Positions 1 through 10,971 of a stretch of DNA of 64,000 nt are shown here, piece by piece. Positions within the stretch are counted from its first letter, which is position 1, and each line of letters opens with the position of its first letter. Below the pieces are notes generated by a model, which was not told the origin of the DNA, searched no databases, and was given only the letters and a program-made list of their open reading frames with translations. The stretch comes from Antedon mediterranea (lineage: Eukaryota; Animalia; Echinodermata), in contig NC_092678.1 in assembly GCF_964355755.1 (NCBI RefSeq), positions 22,337,365 to 22,401,364 on the forward strand, written 5' to 3'. The position numbers and the translations under genes are program-made.

Positions 1-372
1 CTGCCCACATCGCCAGACATGTATGACAAGCCCAGCGGTCATTTATTTCAAATTGAGATATTATTATTATTTGTTATTTTTACTGTTGAACATTCATGTA
101 TTTTAAACATTATTTGTGTGCTCTTAACATTTCTAACTTTAGCTTTAAATATCAGAAAAAAATACCCACTTTGTTTTAAATCATTCCAGGTGGGGTTGGA
201 ATACAGAGCTAGCAAATAGTAGTATTAAAAACAATATAAAACATTCCATATTTACATTTCATAAATTTGATAAAATTACAATTTAGGAATGAACAATTAT
301 ACCAACCCTTCTAAATATATTTGTGGGGTTTATTTTGTGACACCGTTTTTGGCCATCAGAAAAATCCTGGAG

Positions 373-445
373 TGACAGAGATAGGAATTGAACCAATAAC
401 TTTGTGATTAGTAAGCATTCGTGTAAACCACCAAACTACAGTGCC
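373..445 (-). mobile_element. degenerate tRNA-like sequence / tRNA-derived SINE head
   Basis: Minus strand has A-box-like TAGTTTGGTGG (428-438) and B-box GGTTCAATTCC (384-394) at tRNA spacing, but the cloverleaf stems are broken. Confidence 0.5.
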
Positions 446-702
446 ACTAAATGCAAACTGACCTTTATTAACCATCCTTTAATTATAAATCTGTAAAAAA
501 TATCATAGCATCGACAATTAAGCTGTAGTCTTTAGGGAAACATTTCTATATTAATGATAACACCCACATCATCTAGACAGTATATAGCTGTTTTATTATT
601 TATTAACTATCTTTCATAATAACAGTAACATGTTATTTGATAATTTACCCATTTATCTATCTATCTAAGGCTCCTTCTCTTTTCCTTCCCCCACCCCCAC
701 CC

Positions 703-1019
703 CCTCTATTTGGACATCTCTTATTAAAGAAACACTGTCCCATGAAACAAGAGGCAATATAACCCCTATTCAATGGAGGCTATTAGGGACCCCCTTTTTG
801 GGGTCCTGAAGGTGTCCTCTTAAGCTTGGTTCCCACTAGAACGTAACGCAAGGACGTAAACGCAACGCAAGCGTTTTAACCAATGACAAGCGAAGTTATA
901 GACAGTTGGCAATCAAAACCGAATAAGCCATCGCTTGTGATTGGTAAATTCACTTGCGTTGCGTTACGTCCTTGCGTTGCGTCGCTAGTGGGAACCACGC
1001 TTTAATAGAGGTTCTGCTG
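703..1019. mobile_element. Tc1/mariner-type MITE (family C), interrupted by a family A MITE
   Basis: Right end TAATAGAGGTTCTGCTG followed by TA; internal CCCTATT/GGGACAC-type motifs shared with copies at ~10736, ~15953, 43495-43713, ~49478 and 61770-61840; left TIR eroded. Confidence 0.55.
823..1001. mobile_element. PIF/Harbinger-type MITE, family A
   Basis: Long TIRs AGCTTGGTTCCCACTAG...CTAGTGGGAACCACGCT; TTA duplicated at 820-822 and 1002-1004; removing it restores the host motif GGTGTCCTCTTAATAGAGG. Confidence 0.85.
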
Positions 1020-2871
1020 TAGTACTTTTAGTGCTGTAGTATTTTTATTGAAATTCATTAATTTACCCAACACATTCTTTATTTAGATATTTGTAAATAT
1101 AATGTTAATATTGTAAATATAATAACTTTGATAAATGTTGTTTTTTTTTTCTATACTGTATTTTGAATAAAAATTGTACATATATATTTGATTTAGTATG
1201 AAAGGGTGCGACAAAATTAAGACACTATGCAAGCATTTACTGTAAACTATTTAAATAAAATATATAAATATTTGAGAAAGACTTCACTATAGATTTGATA
1301 TAGCTGTGCTTGAGTATTATACGTACATTGCAGTAACTGTACATTTACAAAGAGGAAAATGACATTTGTTTTCTATCTCTATGATTGAATTTAAATTAGT
1401 TGTTAAGGTAATTTGTTTTTTATTATTAAATATTATTTTCTTTAAAATATTTATTATTTTGTATTTATTCGATTACATTATTCAATATTCGACAAAAAGT
1501 TCCGGAAATGTTTCATTTCAACAGTGTATTTTCTGGGTCGAAAAAATAAGTTTATTTGATTTTCAGATAAATTGTGATTTTCATTTTATGAATTCTTACA
1601 CTACATATCCGTGTATAAGTGACAGATTCATAAATTCTAACAAGATGTACTTAAAACCATTGTTATCGCTAACAATTGTGGTTTTTGCATTTGTGGTTTT
1701 GTATGGATGCTTTCCTGGTAACGAAACGTAATGGAAGTGTTCCTCTCACACAACACTGCAATTTACACTTTGTTTTGTCTCTCTGTCTGAAGTAACCTTC
1801 CGTTTCTGTCTTTTAATTATTTTCTTAAATTGAATTCTGATTTTGAAAGAGTCAATTTCGTTCGTAACGGAAGTTCTCAGGCTATAATGTTTTGTGAGAA
1901 AAGTATTTTCTCCGAAGTATAAAAAAATAATTATTTTACCAAAAAAAAAGGTTTTTCATATTAACCAAAAACCAAAACAAGGGGGGGGGGGGGTTAGATT
2001 TTGAAATATTTATTTTTTTCGTTACAAAGGTTACATCATAATTGTAGAGTTCCCTGACATGATTTAACATGGTTATAGTTACAAAACATTTTTTTTTTGC
2101 GTTTATTTAATAATGCTGTTTTTTATTTTGACTTTTATTGTTAACGGAATTTATCGTCAGATATTAATATAATTAATGTGTTTTATTTAATATATGTGTC
2201 GTATACGCGAAACATTTCAGATTTTAAATCGATGAAAATGTCCTCAAAACAGGAAAGAGTCATTTTTTCTCTCCCCCGCCCCTTTCAACGAAATTGCATG
2301 GGAGCTGGATTATGATTATAAACTGTGGAGAGGGGATATTCGTTTCTCTTTCCCCCGGCATTTATAGAGGATTATTTATCGGAAGTGTATTTTAGATAAA
2401 TAAATACGAATTTAGTGTATAATTTAGAAATTCTTTTTTCTATCGGAATTCACCTTCACATTACCCGGATCCTTCAGCGGTGGTCTGGGCTTATGTTTGT
2501 AAACATTAACTGTAGTGTAAATGAACAGTTTTCTACCGCCTACGTCACATATTTGGTTCCGTCATGAATTCAGAATTTGGCAAATAAATCGGCTGAACAA
2601 ATATTTAGTTTTTTTCTAATAAACACATTTATTAAGATGTAATTTTTTTGTGTGATTTTTATGAGTGTGTTTCTTTTATTTTTATCGTCTGGTTTTACAA
2701 GAGAGAGATTTTATACAGTGTTTGTTTCTTGTGTAAAATAAATGGTAGTGATGATTTAGCTGTGTTCCAACACACTAAAGTTAAGCATGCATAAACTGAC
2801 TCCTCATCCGAATTATTATATCAGAGTTAGATCCGACGTATGTGCTCATGTGATCGGTTAACGCTCTTTTT

Positions 2872-3357
2872 ATACCTCGTGTTGTTAACTCCGACACTTC
2901 CAGTTTAACTCCGACACTTCCGATTTAACTCTGATACTTTCGATTTAACTCCGATACTTCCGATTTATCTCCGATACTTCCGATTTACCTCCGATACTTC
3001 CGATTTAACTTCGATACTTCCGATTTAACTCTGATACTTCCGATTTAACTTCGATAGGCCTACTTCCGATTTAACTCCGATATAAGAGGTGTATCCGATT
3101 TGGTACGTTATACCACACTAGAATGCAGAACAATTTATACCGATTGAAGCACTACCGTATTCAATTCCGGAATCGATTTTTTTTGGTGGCTACCTCGTGT
3201 CGTTATCTCCGATAAACTCGCGATACTTCCGAGTTTACTTCGATAAAATAAATATATCTGATGGGGTATCGTACGTTATACTACACACGTTTTAACGCAA
3301 ACAAACATTACCGATATTGAAGCACTATTTAATTCCGGAATCGATTTTTATTTGTGA
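2872..3357. repeat. diverged tandem duplication (~170-bp core); the first copy carries an expanded minisatellite
   Basis: TACCTCGTGT at 2873 and 3191; both copies share GTACGTTATAC, TTGAAGCACTA and AATTCCGGAATCGATTTTT. Confidence 0.75.
2885..3082. repeat. 20-bp minisatellite (TTAACTCCGATACTTCCGAT)n, ~9.5 units
   Basis: Units visible at 2885, 2905, 2925, 2945, 2965, 2985, 3005, 3025, 3045 (6-bp insertion) and a partial unit at 3071. Confidence 0.95.
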
Positions 3358-5174
3358 CTGTGGTCATCGCGTCGAGTCGTTTTTGCGTTTTGTGTACACA
3401 TTGTTAATTTGGCCTATGTGACACCTGTGTGGATAACCCGCCACCACAATGTAAAGTTTCTCAGAAATGTATGTAAAACCATAGTATAACTAGATCAGTA
3501 TCGTCGACGACGACGACGACGAGGCCTCCTCCTCCTGGAGAAGTAGACCTTAATATTTATTTCCATGTGTAGGCCTACGCATGTGTATGTCTGTACTTTC
3601 AACGAAATTTATTATGCGATTTGTATCCAAAGAAAGAAATAAAGAAATGGATTTTCAATGTTCTTCGTGTTTTTTCCTTGTCACGTGGTTTTATTTTGAA
3701 AAGAAAATCGCCGTGCCAGCAGACTTTTTTCCTTCTTATTTTGCTATAAAGGAAATGCGCATTGCAAACATAATATTCTACGTAAGCATGCGGTATTAAC
3801 CAACATACGATGCTAGCAGAGTCACATTTTACAAAAATAAAAAAAATACATTGTTTTGTGCTTCGTATCGTAGGCCTATCAAAAAGGAAGTGCGCACCGC
3901 CGGTCTACTACTATTTTACATGTATTTTAACCGAATACGTAGGCAGATCCCGTCACCTTACGTCAGCATTGATATAGGCCTGCCAAGTTGTGTTAATTAG
4001 TGCAGATTGTGGTAAAAACATTGCGATATTTGGGCTACGTACATGTTCTTTAACCGCAAGCAAATTAAACGTGGGCTACGATAAAATGTCAAGCAATAGT
4101 TGCATAAATCACAACAATATCTTGCTGAAAATAATTCATTGCCTTTTCTGTCTGTTTTATCATACTGATAATAATGTTATTTCATTTCATAATTTGATAT
4201 AAAATAAAACATTACCGTTTTATGGTATATCCACCCCAAAAGTTATGGTAATTGAATTCAAAGCTGAAATCGCAAGAAAATTATTAATTTGACTGCCCAC
4301 CACGTTAATTTATTCATGTTTTTTTCTTTATACTATCTACTTTGTACCGTTAGGCCTATATAGTAATTTTCAAATATGTTTAATACCCGATAGTTTTGAC
4401 AAATTCTCCACTTTGAGTTTAGTATTGGATGTAATATATTTAAATCTACTTGCCCGTTTTTATTCAGTTAAATTTCTTTTTTGTTTGTTTTGTGTTACTT
4501 ATTTTTGTAACTGTATTGTGAATGTTAGAACGCACCGTTTTATAAACGTGTGCCGGTGATCCAAAAGGGAGAAATGTAGGCCCAATGGTTCTTCTTATTA
4601 AAAAAATAATAATTTAATTTAGCTTAATACTGAAAATCCTATCGCCGCCTGCTTAAATAAAATTACACCTCTGTACAAGCGGTTTTATTTTAAAATATGT
4701 CCTTTATTATTAAATTATAATGAATAAGGAATGGTGTAGGCTCTATTTACACAATTGTAAAACCCCTATGGATTTCAACCAGATTTTACGGATTTTACAA
4801 ATACTTTATCAGCGTAAACAAACCGAAATTAAATTATTTGTTTATTTGTGGTTGTGACGTACCGTAGTGAACATTTAATGCTTTCGCTTCCTGTGTATGA
4901 CGTCATTTGCCCACATTTCAAATGTTGTAGGTTTTCCTAATCTTCTGTTTATTTACTTGTTATGAATGATTTTTCAATTGTAACACGTATTTGATTTTTA
5001 TCTTGATTCTTAGTATAAATTCGTGTTACTGTTAGTTTTCATTATTTTTGTTTGTATTTATTGTATGTCTCATATTATAAGTTATTTTATTAGTATTTAC
5101 TATTAGGCCTATTGATATTTTGTGCTCTAATCCTATTATATCAATTCGACCGGCAGAGGCATATCATTGTGTAA

Positions 5175-5331
5175 ACCTCTGTCTACACTATCAAACTATG
5201 TGACAAAAAATGTGATGTGCTTATATATGGACATGATGATGTCATATCACTATACCATGTTTGGGTATATCACTCCCATATATGGGTACATCACCATTTT
5301 TGTCAAATAGTTTAATAGTGTAGACAGAGCT
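5175..5331 (+). mobile_element. PIF/Harbinger-type MITE, family B
   Basis: TIR A(G/C)CTCTGTCTACACTATCAAACT...AGTTTAATAGTGTAGACAGAGCT; TAA at 5172-5174 and 5332-5334. Confidence 0.85.
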
Positions 5332-6537
5332 TAATTTAACACACGTTTGTTCATAACAATTACATATCTGAAGCGCGTCTACTTTTGATCAAAGACCATT
5401 TACCCTAATTTCAATCATTCCGAAAGAATTATATTATTACTTTATTCAAAAGTGTCATTTTTCCCCGCAAAAATTTCTTTTATTCTACCAAAATTGTTAC
5501 AAAACGAGACAGATTGTCAAGTATTTTTTCGTGATACCAGAAATTAAGCCATGGTACTTATACCAAACTTATACCAGACATAAGTGGTGGATGGCGCTTT
5601 CCGTCAATAAAGCATAATTGAATTATGTCAATTAAATTGTGATTAAACAGTCCTAACTCTCGATATAGTGAAAAAATTAATAAATTATCGGTATCTGTTT
5701 CTCAATATGAACTTAAATTCAAAAATTCAATTCTCTTTTATTACGGTAATCCTTTCGGAAATTCATTTCTCGTTTTACAAATATATAAAAAATGTACAAC
5801 AATATAAAAGGTAAAACATTTACAAAAACAAGAAGAGAACGTCACAAAATATGAGTAAACATTTAACAATAAAATAATAACAATAATATAGGCCCTATAT
5901 AATTATTATTTATTTATTATAACTTAAATTAGGTAAACATTACAGGAATCTTATTTGTATAGAAAATACATAAATTGTGAAATAGAACCTATTTTAGTAC
6001 GGTGCCCAATAGCACTTTATTTTTAAATGGAGATTTTTTTTGCGAATTACAATACTTTAAATGTTAAACCATTGGACTTGGATTGGATGTCCATGGTGAA
6101 ACAAATTCTTATCGAGAGCCATCGTATTTAACCCATGGGCTTCTTTTCGAAGTTTGTTATATTTTGTTTAATCATGAATTATTCATTATTTCTGAGAGGT
6201 GGTCCAATAACCGTCACACCGAGTCTAAATTAATTTAGAATATTTTGAAGGAATCGGAAGTGTTTCGATTTCGCTTTCTCAAAACCCTTCGTAAATTATA
6301 GCGGTTGTTGAACCGGATTTCGGGTAATAATGAATTAATTGGTGTGAAAGTTTATAATTATAAAGATATTACAATGATAACATGATAAAATATATGTTGT
6401 TTGTTTATCCAGAATGTTTCAATAACTTGTTTGCCGTACCGAAAGTTTACGTCATATTTGGTACAATATACAAATCACATAAACTGGCTTTTCAATGAGG
6501 CCTAGCCCTAAAATGATGGAGTGGAGAAAGTCCCATC

Positions 6538-6790
6538 GGCGGCGCGGCACGATATATTATTCTGTCATATATAGGCCTAACAATTAATTAATAATTTCTA
6601 CAAAGTACCACCATAATATATACAAAATGTACGCATTGTTTTACAACTTTAACCCAGGAAAGACCCTTTATGGCGGCGCGGGTCAATAGATTATTCTATC
6701 ATATATACTATATAGGCCTAACAATTAATGAATAATTTCTACAAAGTACCACCATAATAATTACAAAATGTACGCTTTGTTTTACAACCC
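6538..6790. repeat. tandem duplication, ~134-bp period
   Basis: GGCGGCGCGG...TATAGGCCTAACAATTAAT...CAAAGTACCACCATAAT...TGTTTTACAAC at 6538 and 6672. Confidence 0.85.
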
Positions 6791-7205
6791 AAAGATCCTT
6801 TGACTCAAGACATTGAATCACAGCCGCACGGCGGATTAAATTCTTCTGGACAAGATGATAGATTGAAAAATATGAATGAATTAATTAGGCGGATATTAAT
6901 TGTTAATGATCTTTTTGGCGCCAGAATACTCTTTGCGGTGAGAGACAAGGTCACATATACTCGCGCTATTCGCTGAAGTGTTAAGTTGTACTTTTTGTCC
7001 GAGTTCATCAGATTGACTCTATTATGATTTTGATCTGTAAAAAAATCACAAACTTTAATACAAAATCGTAAATTGAGGCTGAATAAAATCTGAAATTATT
7101 ATTATATTATACCACAAAATTAACAAACTGTGAAATTAAATAAGGGCCTATATGATGCCTATCAAACGTATTTTAAACCTAGGCCTGTGAATTGGGCTGT
7201 ATTTA

Positions 7206-7343
7206 AGCTTCACTAAGACGTGACGTAAGCGCACAGCGCAAGTAATTTTACCAATCACAAACGATGGATTATTCGAACTGTCGCTTGTCATTGGTCAACT
7301 CGTTTGCGTTACGCTTACGTTGCGTCCTAGTGGGAACCAAGCT
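7206..7343. mobile_element. PIF/Harbinger-type MITE, family A
   Basis: Ends CTAGTGGGAACCAAGCT; TTA on both sides; left TIR has a small deletion; internal CCAATCACAA/TTGTCATTGG as in 823-1001. Confidence 0.8.
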
Positions 7344-10300
7344 TTATAGTCTCTATTTACTGAGGTTTTTCCCAATGTGTGAACAGACTTTTGTAAAGAA
7401 AAAAATAATTGCTTTTTTAAAAGAATAGTTAATCAAAAATATTACTTTATTATCGGTAATATCAGCGTATTCTAATTTCCCTATTTCACACTGTATAAAA
7501 TTATACTGAAATATTTATTTAAACAGCGCCATCTTTTGTCCAAGTAAATTAAATAAACTCGCGGCGTACAAAAGACATCAAAATATGTACGCGCGCGTCA
7601 AGTTTCGTTTTGTTCCGCATCACTAAACAAAGATTTACGATTTTTATAATACTAACTAGAATTTTTTAACGAGTCGGTCATTGCTCTGTCCTCGTTGGAT
7701 ACATCGATTTTTGGAATTGGTTAGTACGGTATTATACTACCGGACCGGGTCAACCTCCATCCAAAGACCACTTCCGGTGCGTTGGTTAAGTGGTTTTTAA
7801 TCACCTTTTCTTAATTAATTATTCTAATTAACAATTACACCTCCGCGGCATCCATTTATACCGCAGATTACGGAGATTCGTTGATCCAATTTAATTAATT
7901 GAACTTATTAGTTTTTCTTCATTACACTTACAAGTTTAAAGTCGATTCTATTCGAGAGTCGAAATCAATTGAAACTCTGTATATTTATTTTAAGTAGGGT
8001 ACCATTACGGAAAGCAAGGCATGATTACAAACAACGTACAGTGCTGCAATCAGGAAGAACATCCAATAAATAAACCAATAACTCATTTGAAACCGTGCAT
8101 GGTAGTACAAAGTGAAATAAAATACATTTATATTAAGAATATTTTTCCCATGTTTCACTTCTTTTTTCAGCCTTTTGTTTTTGTATCTGTCCGTATTATT
8201 ATTGCTTTTCCATCTTCTTAATAAGTTCAAAGTTTTATGGATGATGGGGTTTTGGTCGTTTCATGGTCGCGCGTTCTGTCCTTATGGACAAGCAGCTAGT
8301 GGTCATTTTCATGGTCGTGCGTACTAGCCGTGGCCTTGCACGTACGGGCGGTCGATCCTAATGATTTTGGATTCGATAGGCGATTTCGTTTTTACATCAT
8401 TTTTCTTCATCCAAAGTTCACTTATAAGTAGGCCTATACCTTTCTTCTTTTTATATTACAAGAGTATTAATTATTATTATTATTAATTCGTCTCAAGATT
8501 ATATACCAGATACCAGAAAAAAAAAGTATGATTTTATCCCTGTTATCACAATATAGACTGGTTTATAATAAATCTTCCACTAGTTTCATTTAATGAAACG
8601 TACCCATCTGGACCCGTTGATTATTACCCCCCCCCCCCCCCCTCATGACAAATACCGTATACGACAATTACCACCATGGATAACACATTTTAATAAAGTA
8701 AATATTGTTGGATTTTAATTGAACATCAATTGTATTAGTTTATGTTTAATGGTTGTAAACAAATACGCAATATTTAATTTTATTATTTTTTTTTAAATTA
8801 CCAAGAAATTTCCCGTAATCTTCCTGGTTGTATGTTTTTGTTTTAGTGTAAAGTTTTAAGCAGAATATTGCGGATTCGTTTGTTTACTTTAATGTGTGTC
8901 GTTAACATGTTTACAGTCGACCACAAGTAGACCACAATTGTCTGACCTCAGGTCAGGTTACACAAACAATTGTTTGTATAAACGGAGTCTACTGGTTAAT
9001 AATTGTGATAGAATTTCTATTCGTTGTTTTTGGTTTCGTATTAATTATTTATTTTGAAGTTAAAATCGGTAATAAACTTTATGCCAAACATTTAAAACAA
9101 ATAGATAGATATAGAATACATTGTACGAATAAGAAAAAAAGTTACACGCAATACATCTTATTCAATGATTCTTATTCACAAATTTAAAACAGAAGTTACA
9201 TTAAATATCTTATATAATGAACAGAATGGACTGAAAAAAACGATTATGAAATTAACACTAGGCTAGTGATACATTGTATTGGTTCTTGTTTTGATTGGGA
9301 GATGAATTACAACCTGACGAATCGATAGAGAAATATCGAAAAAGCAACACAACACCTTCCTGTTTTGAAAAATGGAAATATAATATCTCTATGTATTTTT
9401 AAAAAAAATTTTTTTTTTTAATCGAAAATAATATTCGGAACATGATCATGATGATCGCGGAAATACCATGTCATAAAAAAATGAAAATTCCAGTAATAAT
9501 ATATTAATCTTTTCTTTTTATTAACGTGAAATCACTGAACCCATTTGTGGTCAGAAGAGTGTTTTTTAATGCAATATTTTTATCCACTCAGGCAGAACCT
9601 CCAGTTCAAATACGTTGAGTTTGTTTAAATCTTTTTTTGTTAGATAATTCATTTTAATCGTTTTTTGGAAAGGTGCTTATTCAGAATTAAAGTGAACTTG
9701 TTTCATCTGAGAGTCTATTGCTAAGGCCGCCGTAGCTACAATAATATTGCCTTCAACTCTACCCCATCACTTATTTACATATCTTCGATTTTGTCGAAAA
9801 GTATCTTCGGGTTTGTCGGTTTGTCGCTCAATATTAAAATAATACTTTTTGTAATCATGTCTCTTTCGTCATAATTAATAGTAACACCTGAATCCCCACC
9901 ACATCACACTATATTCGATTCTGTCGGAAAGATAACTTTTTACTTGGTCACTGTTCTACCGTGGACCTATAATTTATTACTAATATGTACAGGTCCATTG
10001 TTCTATAATATCTCTATGGTTCTAATACTGTATGTTATACTATATAATGTAGATATTATAGTTCAATAATATCTCTATGGTTATACCAATATTTTCTTAC
10101 GCACTTATGTGGAAAGGTTTTCAATAAAATAGGTTACGTAACAAATATCGTATCATCGCTAAACGTTACCTTGTTACCTTGTTACGCGTGGGTTGGCATG
10201 CCGTAAGGCTCGGAATTGGTACCATTGATCTAATTATCGGAAATGGTCTTCACTACCTGTTCCTTAATTTATATTATTTCGGATGTTGGCAAGTGTGTGT

Positions 10301-10823
10301 GTGGGAGTTGGTATTGCAGTCCACTTTTGAGGCTTACTACGGATATAATAAACGACCAGGATATAGCTATACGTAGGGTTTGAGTAATAGCGATCGAACA
10401 AATTAATATCACAGAATTTCGAGAATTATTATTGAATTTCTTCTTTGTTGAATTGTGTAATATTTCAAATTGTTTTATCAGCTTTTATTTCAGATTTTGA
10501 GTAAGAAGCAACTCCGGAAATACATTAATATTTACGCGTTATTTGATCTGTTTATCATATGTTAAATGGTGAAGTAATAGTTGTTTGTTTATCACAGATT
10601 CGATTTTGTATTTTTCATCTATTTCAGCATGATTTTATATGCTTTTTTCCTCATATCAGAACTCCACTCTTCTCCAATTTTTTTTGGATAGATTCAACAT
10701 TTCTTGTTTAACAAGTGTTGGCTACAACAATATATTTTGAACCCCTCCTTTGGGGCAGCACAGAACCCCTAATAAGTGGACACTATCCCCATCAGCAACC
10801 CTTTCAGAGGAGAACCCTATCAA

Positions 10824-10971
10824 GGCTTGGCTCCCACAGAGACGCAACACAACGACGTAATTTAACGTACGTTATCACAAGCGATATATTATTCGAACTG
10901 TAGCTTGTCATTGGTCAACACGCTTGCGTTGCGTTTACGTCCTTGCGTTACGTCCTAGTTTGAACTAAGCT
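10824..10971. mobile_element. PIF/Harbinger-type MITE, family A, within a family C remnant
   Basis: GGCTTGGCTCCCACAG...CTAGTTTGAACTAAGCT; internal sequence matches 7206-7343. Confidence 0.75.

Noticed and set aside
2885-3082. Possible CRISPR array
   Set aside because: Head-to-tail units with no unique spacers, eukaryotic context and no cas genes.
9314-9345. CTGACGA...GAAA hammerhead-like string
   Set aside because: Three extra bases before stem II, and no cleavage triplet or stem I partner downstream.
10480-10506. Possible micro-exon (TTTCAG|ATTTTGA|GTAAG)
   Set aside because: No associated ORF or partner exons; such signals are common in AT-rich DNA.
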